Origin: Clostridia bacterium
GTDB lineage: Bacteria > Bacillota > Clostridia > Oscillospirales > UBA644
Direction: 5' to 3'
Length of the DNA stretch: 64,000 nucleotides
Assembly: GCA_017427285.1 (NCBI GenBank)
Contig: JAFRTE010000007.1
Span: forward strand, 134,035-198,034
The notes under the pieces are model-generated. The model was not told the DNA's origin, searched no databases, and was given only the letters and a program-made list of their open reading frames with translations. The stretch's first letter is position 1; each line of letters opens with the position of its first letter. The translations under genes were made by a program, and so were the position numbers. Shown here one piece after another: positions 9,559 through 18,954 of this stretch.

Positions 9559-9563
9559 CTTTT

Positions 9564-11168
9564 TCAGTGCAGTTCTTTTTTAAGCGTAAGAATATTTCTG
9601 CCGTCTTTGTATTCGTAGGAAATATCGTCGATAACTTTTTTAGTCAAAAAGATCCCGAGTCCGCCGATCTCGCGTTCTTCCGCAGAAAGCGTAATATCCG
9701 GATCGGCCTTTTTGAGCGGATCGTACGGAACGCCTTTATCCGTAAAAGTAATTGTTACGGTAACGGGATTATCCGAAACCTCAACTCTGACTCCTGCCTT
9801 GCCGATTTCGGGAGCATATGCGTAATTTGCTATATTAACGAATATCTCCTCAACGGCGATGTCAAGCTGCATGCAGTCTTTTGGCGAACATTCTACCGCT
9901 TCGAGGCGGGAATTTACAAAATCGATAACTTTTTCAAGGTTATCTGTTGTTGCGTCAATATTCAGTTCGGACAAATCTGAAGAAGCTGAATTATCGATCT
10001 CGAAATCAAGAGTGTCTATCTCGCGTAGAATATCGATAAGTCTTGTTTTCCACAGTTCAATCGTATCGTGCGTCTTTTGCTCGTCGGTATCGGGATGTCT
10101 CGTTTGCCAGTCTATCAGTCCTGCATAAGAAAGACAGCGGACTTTTTTGTCAACATCGGCAATTTTTTCTTCATTATCAGTTTCAAGATATGCTTTGAGT
10201 GAATCATGCCAGAATTTACGCGAGATCTTGGCAGTATAACCCTGAAAACCGAGGACTATTTCGGGATCGTATTCCGAATAACCGACATAAGCGTTATACA
10301 TATGAATCAAATCGAAAATAGGATGTCCTACGGAAAGAGTATCCATATCTATTACGAGTACTTCGTCGCCGGCAAGAACGATATTTTTAGTATGGTAGTC
10401 GCCGTGGATCATATGATCGGATTCGGGAATATCTTCGATCATTTTTACTAGCTTATCGCCGAGACCGTCGGGAAGGGAATCTTTCATCCTCAAAACGGAT
10501 TTCAGCGTTTTCTCCTTTATGGAAGGAAGCTCACCCTTTGGAACGGTGATGCTGTGTATTTTTTTGAGCATTTTAACGTACTCTTCAACGCACCAGTCAA
10601 ACTTATCGGGTTCGTTTGCAAGAATTTTCGAAAAAGACCGTGAATTGAGAAGCTCAAATACGGAACCGTAGCTGTCCCCTACCCTGACAACATCGTATGA
10701 TATTGCGGTTGGTACGCCGAGGATAAGAGCAAGCTTGGCTACTTTGCGCTCATGCTGAATTTCGGAAAGCGCGTCTGCGTTTTTGTAAGTTTTAACGACG
10801 TTATCTTTATCTATACGGTATACCTTGCCGTTAAAGCCCTCGCCTATTACCTCGCATCCTTCAACGGAAACGACGCGATAAGCTTTTTCAACGTCCATAA
10901 TTTCGGTAAAACCGGTCATTTCGAGTATTTCGTATACTTCCGAATTAACGCCGGTTATTCTGAGCTGCGGATATGATTTTTTGATTCGAAGCAATACGCG
11001 CAGCCCTGCGCTCGAGATATATGCAAGGTCTGTCGCATCAATAACGACGGGGATGCTGCCCTTGCCCGCAAGCTGTTCGTTGATACTCTGTTCTGTCTGG
11101 GAGGCATTTCCCGAATCTATTCTTCCCGAAAGAAAAACTTTGACTGGAGCGGCATTGTTATCACTCAT
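9564..11168 (-). CDS. Triple-domain fusion: N-terminal STAS (anti-sigma antagonist-like), central APH/protein-kinase-like domain, C-terminal SpoIIAB/RsbW-like GHKL ATPase
   Basis: STAS motif AYISSAGLRVLL. Kinase-like motifs GEGFNGKVYRI...VVKTYK and HGDYHTKNIVL...VIDMD. GHKL motifs EEIFVNIANYA, DKGVPYDP and GGLGIFL. Confidence 0.75.
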   Translation of the reverse strand: MSDNNAAPVKVFLSGRIDSGNASQTEQSINEQLAGKGSIPVVIDATDLAYISSAGLRVLLRIKKSYPQLRITGVNSEVYEILEMTGFTEIMDVEKAYRVVSVEGCEVIGEGFNGKVYRIDKDNVVKTYKNADALSEIQHERKVAKLALILGVPTAISYDVVRVGDSYGSVFELLNSRSFSKILANEPDKFDWCVEEYVKMLKKIHSITVPKGELPSIKEKTLKSVLRMKDSLPDGLGDKLVKMIEDIPESDHMIHGDYHTKNIVLAGDEVLVIDMDTLSVGHPIFDLIHMYNAYVGYSEYDPEIVLGFQGYTAKISRKFWHDSLKAYLETDNEEKIADVDKKVRCLSYAGLIDWQTRHPDTDEQKTHDTIELWKTRLIDILREIDTLDFEIDNSASSDLSELNIDATTDNLEKVIDFVNSRLEAVECSPKDCMQLDIAVEEIFVNIANYAYAPEIGKAGVRVEVSDNPVTVTITFTDKGVPYDPLKKADPDITLSAEEREIGGLGIFLTKKVIDDISYEYKDGRNILTLKKELH

Positions 11169-11170
11169 TT

Positions 11171-12646
11171 TTACTCCTCCGATTTATTGTCAGATTTTAT
11201 TTTGTATTCTACGCAAAGCATTGTAAGATCGTCAAACTGTTCCGCATCCTTTACAAATTCCTTTACGGATCCTTTTACTCTGTTGAGAGTTGACGAAGGA
11301 TCGGGAGACGCTTCGCCGTTAAGCGCTTCAAGCATACGTTCGGTGCCGAACATGCTGCCTTCAGGATCCGTCGCTTCTGGAACGCCGTCTGTATACAAAA
11401 ACAATTCTGACCCCGGGGCGAGAAACATTTCATATTCCTTGTAACGGGTCCCGTTCATTCCGCCGACGACAAAGCCGTGCTTGTCTTTAAAAAGCTCGAA
11501 TTTGCCGTTCGGACTTTTAATTGCGGGATATTCGTGTCCGGCATTTGCGGCAGTAAGTTTACCCGTTGATATTTCAAGAATTCCGAGCCAGACGGTTACG
11601 AACATTTCTTCGCGGTTGTTTGCGCAGATCGCCGAATTTGTATCAGTCAATATCTGCGCGGGCGATTTATTCATTTTTGCGTTGTTTGCAATGATAATCT
11701 TTGTTGCCATCATAAAAAGCGCTGCCGGGACGCCTTTGCCGGAAACGTCTGCGATAACAAGGCAAAGGTGGTCGTCATCGACAAGAAAATAATCGTAAAA
11801 ATCGCCGCCTACCTCTTTTGCGGGCGCCATTGAAGCGTAAAGATCGAACTCGTTTCTTTCGGGGAACGCGGGGAAGATATTAGGCAGCATATCTGTCTGA
11901 ATTGCATTTGCAAGGTTAAGCTCATATTCGATACGGGCGCTTTTGAGGTCTTTTTCATGCTGAGTAATAACCATTTCCCTGCCCCTGCGGACAATATTGC
12001 TGCTGATTATAGCCGTAACGGAAAACATCAGCCAACGGGGCAGAAAATCGTATAAAACGGTATTCCGAATAAGCATGCTGTCCGAAACGCCTGCATTGCG
12101 AACGGCTTCGCCTATAAAGCCGCCGGTCGCTATCATTTCGGTCCCTTTTTCCATAGTTACGATATTCAGATTGATAAAACCGTGAGTAGCGCCCCATATT
12201 GCGGAAAAAAGAAACGCTGCGGTGGAAAGGATTGAGGTAAAGCGAGTAAGATTTTTTGAAAAATAGCGGCTGCTTAATATTACCGGAAGGACCATTAAAA
12301 TGGGGACCTTATGCGTGAGCATGCTGTCAAGTCTGGCGTAAACGAACACCAGACCTATCATCAGAACGTATTTGAGCCACCATGTATCGTATTTTACTAT
12401 GTGACAGAGTATGAGAAGGATCAGAATTTCAGCTATTGCCTGAATTGACGGCGAAAATACGGAGTCAAACGGAAGAGGGAATACACCGACGGCCGTAAGG
12501 ATCATAATTATCAGCAAAATAATACCGCTGACAAGAAGTATCATTGCGCCGAGCCTGTTTGCGTGGACTTCCGTTTCGTGAAAGATTTCGTCACCCGCAA
12601 GCTTATTGCGGATGTTTTTGAAAAAATTATTTTCTTTTTCTTTCAT
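11171..12646 (-). CDS. Membrane-anchored PP2C-family (SpoIIE/RsbU-type) serine phosphatase
   Basis: 491 aa. Multi-TM N-terminal half. C-terminal motifs VGGDFYDY, ADVSGKGVPAALFM and LYTDGVPEA. Confidence 0.85.
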   Translation of the reverse strand: MKEKENNFFKNIRNKLAGDEIFHETEVHANRLGAMILLVSGIILLIIMILTAVGVFPLPFDSVFSPSIQAIAEILILLILCHIVKYDTWWLKYVLMIGLVFVYARLDSMLTHKVPILMVLPVILSSRYFSKNLTRFTSILSTAAFLFSAIWGATHGFINLNIVTMEKGTEMIATGGFIGEAVRNAGVSDSMLIRNTVLYDFLPRWLMFSVTAIISSNIVRRGREMVITQHEKDLKSARIEYELNLANAIQTDMLPNIFPAFPERNEFDLYASMAPAKEVGGDFYDYFLVDDDHLCLVIADVSGKGVPAALFMMATKIIIANNAKMNKSPAQILTDTNSAICANNREEMFVTVWLGILEISTGKLTAANAGHEYPAIKSPNGKFELFKDKHGFVVGGMNGTRYKEYEMFLAPGSELFLYTDGVPEATDPEGSMFGTERMLEALNGEASPDPSSTLNRVKGSVKEFVKDAEQFDDLTMLCVEYKIKSDNKSEE

Positions 12647-12660
12647 TTTGTAAAAACAGT

Positions 12661-13266
12661 CTAAAACGATTTGACAACTATCATTTCGACGTCGTTTCCT
12701 ATAATTTTAACCTTAACGTCATCGGCGATATTTGCGACGATGGATTTTTCAAGCTCGTCCCATGCCTCGGACGCTTTTTCGCTTTCGCTTATATGGCTCT
12801 GAACGTCTTCTTTATAAAGCGCCATTGACCAGACTACGGCGCTTTCGTCGAAAACCGCGCCCATAGGATAGGAAACGGCCGTATTGACCATCGTATAGGG
12901 CATTGTTTCTTTTGAAGAAAGCATGATATCGGCTATCATTACCTTGATCCTGCCCATAAAGCCCCTTGAAGCTTCGTTTTTTCCGCTTGAAGAAACCGCA
13001 AGAAACTGATCTTTAAGACTGAACGTCATATCGATATCTGACTTCATGTGAAGTTCGAAATGTTTTCCTTCGCTTTCGATCCAGTAATCGGCTTCGACAT
13101 TGCCTGCAATACCGCGAAGCATGCCGAACATTTCTTCCGCAAGAAGGCGCAGATGAAGAAGCGGTTTTCTTTCAAGGCCGCTGTCTTTACCAATATTTTC
13201 GGTCAGGGCGAGGGCTTCAGAGATGCCTTTTCCCTTTTCGTTAACTATAACGGATGTTGATTTCAT
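12661..13266 (-). CDS. Hypothetical protein embedded in the partner-switching operon
   Basis: 201-aa ORF tightly packed between the STAS and PP2C genes. I recognise no family. Confidence 0.6.
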   Translation of the reverse strand: MKSTSVIVNEKGKGISEALALTENIGKDSGLERKPLLHLRLLAEEMFGMLRGIAGNVEADYWIESEGKHFELHMKSDIDMTFSLKDQFLAVSSSGKNEASRGFMGRIKVMIADIMLSSKETMPYTMVNTAVSYPMGAVFDESAVVWSMALYKEDVQSHISESEKASEAWDELEKSIVANIADDVKVKIIGNDVEMIVVKSF

Positions 13267-13298
13267 TTATATTCCCTCCAAAACTGCCGGCGAACAGA

Positions 13299-13601
13299 TC
13301 AGTCTTCAATAGTTAAAATGTCCGTAAATCCGGTTACGTCAAAAATTTCCATAACCGTTTCGTTTACGTTGCAAACTTTCATTTCTCCCTGAGTATTCAT
13401 GATTTTCTGTGCGGTAAGAAGAACCCGAAGTCCTGCAGAAGAGATATATTCGAGTTTTCCGCAATCGAGTTTAAGCTCTGTGATACCCGGAAGAACTTCT
13501 CTGACTGTTTTGTCAAACTCCGGGGCGGTAACGGTATCGAGACGTCCGTCCAGAGTAAGAACGGCTTTTCCGTTTTCTGTTGATTTGCCGATATTAAGCA
13601 T
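13299..13601 (-). CDS. STAS-domain anti-sigma-factor antagonist (SpoIIAA/RsbV-like)
   Basis: 100 aa with the phosphorylatable-Ser motif EYISSAGLRVLL. AGGAGG SD upstream. Confidence 0.85.
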   Translation of the reverse strand: MLNIGKSTENGKAVLTLDGRLDTVTAPEFDKTVREVLPGITELKLDCGKLEYISSAGLRVLLTAQKIMNTQGEMKVCNVNETVMEIFDVTGFTDILTIED

Positions 13602-13764
13602 AGTAGTGTCCTCCTGAAAGATCGTATAAGTGTATATTTTTCATATTCTTTACATTGTATCACAAATTTATGAAAAAATCCACCTATTTTTAAAATTTTG
13701 ATATTTCTTCATATTTATAAGAAATTAAAGACCTAAGCTACTTTGCGGAATTTGAAAAAATGTA

Positions 13765-13793
13765 TTGACAAACGGATTTTTATGTGCTATAAT
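13765..13793 (+). promoter_or_regulatory. Sigma-A type promoter of tRNA-Leu
   Basis: TTGACA, 17-nt spacer, TATAAT. The -10 region TGCTATAATATCCAAGCT is identical to that of the tRNA-Pro promoter. Confidence 0.65.
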
Positions 13794-13810
13794 ATCCAAG
13801 CTGATCATAA

Positions 13811-13897
13811 GCGGGTATGGCGGAATTGGCAGACGCGTTAGATTCAGGTTCTAATGGCCGCAAGGTTGTACAGGTTCAAGTCCTGCTACCCGCACCA
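13811..13897 (+). tRNA. tRNA-Leu (anticodon CAG), long variable arm, CCA encoded
   Basis: Acceptor GCGGGTA/TACCCGC, anticodon stem TTAGA/TCTAA with loop TTCAGGT, T-loop GGTTCAAGTCC, 87 nt. Confidence 0.9.
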
Positions 13898-13908
13898 AGT
13901 TGTATGGC

Positions 13909-14009
13909 CTTAATAGATCGGCCCAAGAAAATCGGCGTTTTTCGCCGATTTTCTTCGTTTTTCACCGTTTTTCTCGCTTTTTCAAATTTCGGAAAAAACG
14001 GTGAGTTCA
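13909..14009. repeat. About 100-nt tRNA-downstream repeat, copy 2
   Basis: Near-identical to 5335-5436. Confidence 0.8.
13928..13960 (+). terminator. Intrinsic terminator downstream of tRNA-Leu
   Basis: Same AAAATCGGCG/CGCCGATTTT hairpin as after tRNA-Pro. Confidence 0.7.
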
Positions 14010-14190
14010 GAGGGTTCAATACAATCGAATGATTCATGGCGATGATTTACCTTGTGGTTGAGAAGTTGCAACTCGAGTGTCCGTCGATGCTTTGAGATGC
14101 CTCCACGGAAACGGGAGTAGAACCTTCTTATTTTACGGTGTTGAATTTTAAACAAAAGTGTGTTTTAATCCTTTTACGGAGATGAGCGGA

Positions 14191-15261
14191 ATGGAAAAAG
14201 TTGTTGTCGGGATGTCCGGCGGCGTCGACAGCGCCGTTACGGCATATCTGCTGAAAAACGCCGGTTATGAAGTGATCGGCGTCACATTGCGTACCTGGCG
14301 ATCCGAACTTGGCGACGAAGGGCGTTGCTGCGATATCGACGACGCGCGCGCTGTCGCATATAAGCTCGGCATAAGATACGTTCCGGTGAACTGTATTTCC
14401 GATTTTCAGGAATACGTTGTGGAACCGTTCAAAAACGATTACCTCTGCGGCAGGACTCCTAATCCGTGCGTGGTGTGCAACCGTTATGTAAAGTGGGAAA
14501 AACTCATGTATTATGCAAAGGCGTTAGGCGCCGATCATATTGCAACAGGGCATTATGCGTCTGTCATCAAGCTTGAAAACGGCAGATATACAGTAAAAAC
14601 GGCAAAATATTCGCAAAAAGATCAGACGTACATGCTATATAAGCTTACTCAGGAACAGCTTGCGGCGACTCTCATGCCTCTGGGCGGATTTTCAAAAGCG
14701 GAAGTCAGGCAGATAGCGACAGACGCGGGTCTGCCCGTGGCGGCAAAACCGGATTCGCAGGAGATTTGCTTTGTCGCTGACGGCGGCTACGCCGAATATA
14801 TTAAAAGCTCTGCAAAACCCGGCCTGGTTAAAGAAGGCTGTTTTGTAGATGAATCCGGAAATGTCCTGGGCAACCACAAAGGCGTTATATATTATACCGT
14901 CGGTCAGCGAAAGGGACTTGGGATCGCGTTAGGTCACCCCGCGTATGTCAAGGAGATCCGAACAGAAACAAACGAAGTCGTCTTGAGCGACGAGACTTCG
15001 CTTTACAGCAAAGAGGTAACTTGCGGCGACGTTAATTTTTTGAGCATACCTGCGCTCGGAAACGGCGAAAAGCTGATATGCAGGGCAAAGATCAGATATC
15101 AGCACCGCGCGCAGGAAGCAGCTATAGAAGGGCTTGACGGCGGTCGCATCAGGTTGGAGTTCACAGATCCTGCCAGAGCTGCAACTCCCGGGCAGTCTGC
15201 GGTGTTCTATGACGAAAATGACCGGGTGATCGGCGGCGGTATAATAGAAAGCGCCCGCTGA
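14191..15261 (+). CDS. mnmA: tRNA 2-thiouridine(34) synthase
   Basis: PP-loop VVGMSGGVDSAV, plus CNRYVKW and DQTYML motifs. The ORF-track start is 14158; ATG 14191 has GGAG 9 nt upstream. Confidence 0.9.
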   Translation: MEKVVVGMSGGVDSAVTAYLLKNAGYEVIGVTLRTWRSELGDEGRCCDIDDARAVAYKLGIRYVPVNCISDFQEYVVEPFKNDYLCGRTPNPCVVCNRYVKWEKLMYYAKALGADHIATGHYASVIKLENGRYTVKTAKYSQKDQTYMLYKLTQEQLAATLMPLGGFSKAEVRQIATDAGLPVAAKPDSQEICFVADGGYAEYIKSSAKPGLVKEGCFVDESGNVLGNHKGVIYYTVGQRKGLGIALGHPAYVKEIRTETNEVVLSDETSLYSKEVTCGDVNFLSIPALGNGEKLICRAKIRYQHRAQEAAIEGLDGGRIRLEFTDPARAATPGQSAVFYDENDRVIGGGIIESAR

Positions 15262-15308
15262 ACGTGGCAACTTGTTAAGCAAGCATTTCCGATCATTATG
15301 AGGGAAAA

Positions 15309-15334
15309 CCGATCTAAAACGGCCGCACACCACA
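15309..15334. repeat. 26-nt dispersed motif, copy 2
   Basis: CCGATCTAAAACGGCCGCACACCACA, one mismatch to 9429-9454. Confidence 0.75.
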
Positions 15335-15341
15335 AACAGTT

Positions 15342-15384
15342 AAATCCGAGCCCAAGGCTATTGCAAGGGTTCGGATTTGCTTTT
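15342..15384. terminator. Hairpin between convergent mnmA and the methyltransferase gene
   Basis: AAATCCGAGCCC / GGGTTCGGATTT (12 bp with one G-U pair), followed by GCTTTT. Confidence 0.5.
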
Positions 15385-15405
15385 ATGCAGGAAAAGAGGC
15401 AGGAT

Positions 15406-16209
15406 TTAAATTCCCGCCTCTTTTTTTCTCAAAACGTCAAGCGTATGGTGAGATGCGCCGATAAGGTCCTGTCTTTCGCAGATCGAAAGGTGATACTCTA
15501 CCCACTTTTCAAACGTTTTGTCGTCCATCGTATCGATTGTCTGACGGAAATAGTTTGTTGCGCCGTCTGTTGCGACAAGTTTGACGCGCTCGACAGGAAC
15601 AGTTTTGTCAAGCTCCATTATTTCCTCTGTGCGAATCAGTTCAAAAATCTCCTTCGGTTCGCTTTTACAGTGCCAGTTATCGGTAAGCATATTGTTTTCG
15701 ATAACTTTTTGAAGGTTACCGCCGTAAAATACATATTGAATGACTGTCGGTTCGTTCATACAGTATGAAACAAGGATGAAACCTCCCGGCTTAGTTACTC
15801 TTACCGCCTCGGAAAGCGCCTGAACCTTATCTTTCGTTGAATAAAGGTGATACATCGGGCCAAGAAGCAGCGTTATATCGAAGCCGTTATCGTCAAAACG
15901 CGATAAATCGAGCGCATTTCCCTGCAAAACAGTGATCCCTTCGCTGCCGCTCAGCTTGTTAAGAAAAACTTCGATATTATGCTCAACAAGTTCGACTGCG
16001 GTAACGTTGAAACCATCTTCAGCAAGAGGAATGCTGTAACGCCCCGTGCCGGCGCCGATCTCAAGTATGTTTTTGCCCGAAACCGCTTTTGCGCATTCAT
16101 GTATTATTTTTTGCGTTGTAATGTACTCGACCAAGCCGTGTTTTGACGTAAGACGGTTATCTTCGTCATAATTTTCATAATAGTTTTTGATATAATCCAT
16201 TAAGATCAC
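15406..16209 (-). CDS. Class I SAM-dependent methyltransferase
   Basis: Motif I ILEIGAGTGRYS and overall Rossmann-type pattern. Confidence 0.8.
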   Translation of the reverse strand: MILMDYIKNYYENYDEDNRLTSKHGLVEYITTQKIIHECAKAVSGKNILEIGAGTGRYSIPLAEDGFNVTAVELVEHNIEVFLNKLSGSEGITVLQGNALDLSRFDDNGFDITLLLGPMYHLYSTKDKVQALSEAVRVTKPGGFILVSYCMNEPTVIQYVFYGGNLQKVIENNMLTDNWHCKSEPKEIFELIRTEEIMELDKTVPVERVKLVATDGATNYFRQTIDTMDDKTFEKWVEYHLSICERQDLIGASHHTLDVLRKKEAGI

Positions 16210-16225
16210 TTACTTTGATATTATT

Positions 16226-17806
16226 CTAAAAGAGCGAAACGTATTTATGGAGCGTTTTTCGGACTGCGCCGACGCCGGAAAACAGTTCCGCCGCCATATT
16301 TTCAATGCGGCTGCCGATAGGCGTTTCGTAAAGGTTTACCCCGAAAATATCTTCCCTTGAATACAAAGCTTTGAGGCAGGACATATCCTGAGGATCGGAA
16401 AGAGACAGCGGAGCTACAATCTCCTGCAGCTGCAAAAGCAAAGGATCGGGAGACGGTGTAAAAGGATTTCCCTCGTCGTCGATCCCCTTTAAATACCTTG
16501 CATATCCCGCAAGCGCAAGAGGGATCATTACGAGCTTTTCCGTGTCAAGTCCGCGGGAAAGATATTCCTTTATCGTTTCGCCGAAACGGATGGGGATTTT
16601 TTGAGAAGTATCCGTTGCTATCCTCTGAGGAGCATCGGGAATAAACGGGTTTGGAAGACGTTTTGTTAAAACTGCGTCGATAAAATCCGAGGGACGGATA
16701 ATTCCCGGGTCCGTAACGACGGACATTGCCTCGTCATAGCCCATTTTCGTAATAAACACGCGGATATCGTCGTCACTCATCTCGTCCGAAATACGGGTAT
16801 ATCCGAGAAGACAGCCGTATATAGACATTGCGGTATGAAGCGGATTAAGACATGTGCATACCTTCATTCGTTCAACCTTTTCGACCGTTTCCCTGTCTGT
16901 AAAAAGGACTCCGCCCTTTTCCAGAGGAGGACGGCCGTTTACATATCGATCTTCAACAACGAGATATTCGGTTTCTTCGGCATTTACAAACGGAGCGGTA
17001 TACGTATTTTTTGACGTTACGATCATTTCGCTGTCTTCAAAGCCGGAATCGATAAGCATTTTACGAACCGCAGCGTCGGGGCGAGGCGTGATCTTGTCGA
17101 TCATAGACAACGGGAATGAAACAGTATTTTCATCACTGAGCCAGTCATTAAAACCCCTGGAAACAAGACCTGATTTTACCCATGCATCGGCGTAGGCAAG
17201 AATGCCGCTGCGCAGCTTATCGCCGTTATGCGAACAGTTATCCATACTTTGAAGCGTAATAGGATAACCGCCGGCCTTCCAGCGTTCAAGCAGCAGACAT
17301 GCGGTTTTACCCATCATCGAGCGAGGAGAAAGTCCGCAGTTAAAATCGTCTTTGTTTACTCCGTAACCCTTTTCGGTAATCGTAAAGCTTACCATCTGCA
17401 AAGAGGGGTTTGCGAATATTTCGGTTAGTCTGCTCCAGTCTTCCGAAAAGCTGAAATCCGCCTTCAAACTCTCGGTAACGGACGCTATAACGCGTTTTTC
17501 AACTGTTCCGTCTGCTTTTAGGACCGCAAGAAGACTGAGGTCGTCATACGGGCGGTATACTTTGTCAATTATCTCGTAATCGAAGCCCTCAGCTACGATC
17601 ACTCCCCTATCGTATTCACCGCTTTCAAGCAATCGCTGAAGCAGCGCGGCAGGAAAAGCGCGAAAAATATTGCCCGCGCCGAAATGAATCCATGCAGGAT
17701 TTTTATGGGTGTTTTCTCGAATGGACAGTATATCGAAAGAAGGGATTATTATCCCGCATTTTGCCCACTCTTTTATGTTTTTCAGCTCTGACAGATTTAA
17801 TTTCAT
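16226..17806 (-). CDS. uxuB: Mannitol dehydrogenase-family oxidoreductase, probably fructuronate reductase
   Basis: N-terminal HFGAGNIFRAF dinucleotide motif. 4-nt overlap with the upstream uxuA. Confidence 0.7.
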   Translation of the reverse strand: MKLNLSELKNIKEWAKCGIIIPSFDILSIRENTHKNPAWIHFGAGNIFRAFPAALLQRLLESGEYDRGVIVAEGFDYEIIDKVYRPYDDLSLLAVLKADGTVEKRVIASVTESLKADFSFSEDWSRLTEIFANPSLQMVSFTITEKGYGVNKDDFNCGLSPRSMMGKTACLLLERWKAGGYPITLQSMDNCSHNGDKLRSGILAYADAWVKSGLVSRGFNDWLSDENTVSFPLSMIDKITPRPDAAVRKMLIDSGFEDSEMIVTSKNTYTAPFVNAEETEYLVVEDRYVNGRPPLEKGGVLFTDRETVEKVERMKVCTCLNPLHTAMSIYGCLLGYTRISDEMSDDDIRVFITKMGYDEAMSVVTDPGIIRPSDFIDAVLTKRLPNPFIPDAPQRIATDTSQKIPIRFGETIKEYLSRGLDTEKLVMIPLALAGYARYLKGIDDEGNPFTPSPDPLLLQLQEIVAPLSLSDPQDMSCLKALYSREDIFGVNLYETPIGSRIENMAAELFSGVGAVRKTLHKYVSLF

Positions 17807-18906
17807 TGCCGTCTCTCCTTACAGATAGATTCCCAAAGTCCGCATATATACGCTGCGCCGAGCGCGCGGTCGTAAAGTCCGTAACCCGGCATTGCCTTTT
17901 CGCCCCAGATCATGCGTCCGTGGTCGGGACGAACGGGACCGCAAAAGCCGATATCGTAAAGAGCGCCCATAATATCGTGCAGATCAAACGTTCCGTCTTC
18001 GGAAAGATGCGCGCTTTCCTCGAAATCTCGCATTCCGTTGTTGAAGCGAAGGTTGCGGACGTGAGCAAAGTGGATTCGACCTTTGAGCATATGGATAGTA
18101 TCTACAAGATCGTTTTCAAGGTTCGTTCCGTATGAGCCGGTGCAGAAAGTAACGCCGTTATGAGGATTTGGTACCATATCCATCATACGTTTTAGCTTTG
18201 TTTTGTCCGATATTATGCGCGGCAATCCGAAAACGCTCCATGCGGGGTCGTCGGGGTGAATTGCCATATTGATATCGTATTTATCGCAAACGGGCATTAT
18301 AGCTTCAAGGAAATATTTCAGATTTGCAAAAAGCTTTTCCTCGTCAATATCGGCGTAAAGACTGAAAAGCTCCTTTACGCGAGCCATTCGTTCGGGTTCC
18401 CAACCGGGCATTACGGAATCGTTCATATCTCCGTGGATCGATTCAAACATCTTTTCCGGATCGAGCGCGTCTATTTTATCCTGACTGTATGCAAGGACAG
18501 TGGAGCCGTCCGCTCTTGGTCTGCTGAGGTCTGTTCTTGTCCAGTCGAAAACAGGCATGAAATTGTAGCAAACCATATGTATATCTGCCTTGCCGAGATT
18601 TTCCAGCGTTTTGATATACGCGTCAATGTCTTTGTCCCTTTCTGCGGAACCGACTTTGATAGCGTCGCTGACGTTTACGCTTTCTATGCCTGCGAGAGTA
18701 AGGCCTGCGTTTTCGATATGTTTTTTCAGCGCAAGTATTTCATCAGAATGCCATAGCTGACCGGGAAGTTTATCCATTAAAGTAGTGATTATTCCGGTGA
18801 CGTATCGAGTCTGCCGTATCTGCTCAAGCGTTACGGTATCGAAGCGCGGTCCGTACCAGCGCATTGTCATTTGCATTGAGGGTTTAGGAGAAATGTTTTC
18901 AGACAT
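17803..18906 (-). CDS. uxuA: Mannonate dehydratase
   Basis: UxuA-type N-terminus MQMTMRWYGP. The start at 18906 has GGAGG 6 nt upstream; the ORF-track start is 18942. Confidence 0.85.
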   Translation of the reverse strand: MSENISPKPSMQMTMRWYGPRFDTVTLEQIRQTRYVTGIITTLMDKLPGQLWHSDEILALKKHIENAGLTLAGIESVNVSDAIKVGSAERDKDIDAYIKTLENLGKADIHMVCYNFMPVFDWTRTDLSRPRADGSTVLAYSQDKIDALDPEKMFESIHGDMNDSVMPGWEPERMARVKELFSLYADIDEEKLFANLKYFLEAIMPVCDKYDINMAIHPDDPAWSVFGLPRIISDKTKLKRMMDMVPNPHNGVTFCTGSYGTNLENDLVDTIHMLKGRIHFAHVRNLRFNNGMRDFEESAHLSEDGTFDLHDIMGALYDIGFCGPVRPDHGRMIWGEKAMPGYGLYDRALGAAYICGLWESICKERRQ

Positions 18907-18954
18907 TTTTTGCCTCCGTATAGAAGTTAAAGAAAATTTCAATTAAATCAGGTT

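Noticed and set aside
13817-14032. 71-aa plus-strand ORF.
   Set aside because: It starts inside tRNA-Leu and runs through the terminator repeat. It is an artefact of the tRNA sequence.
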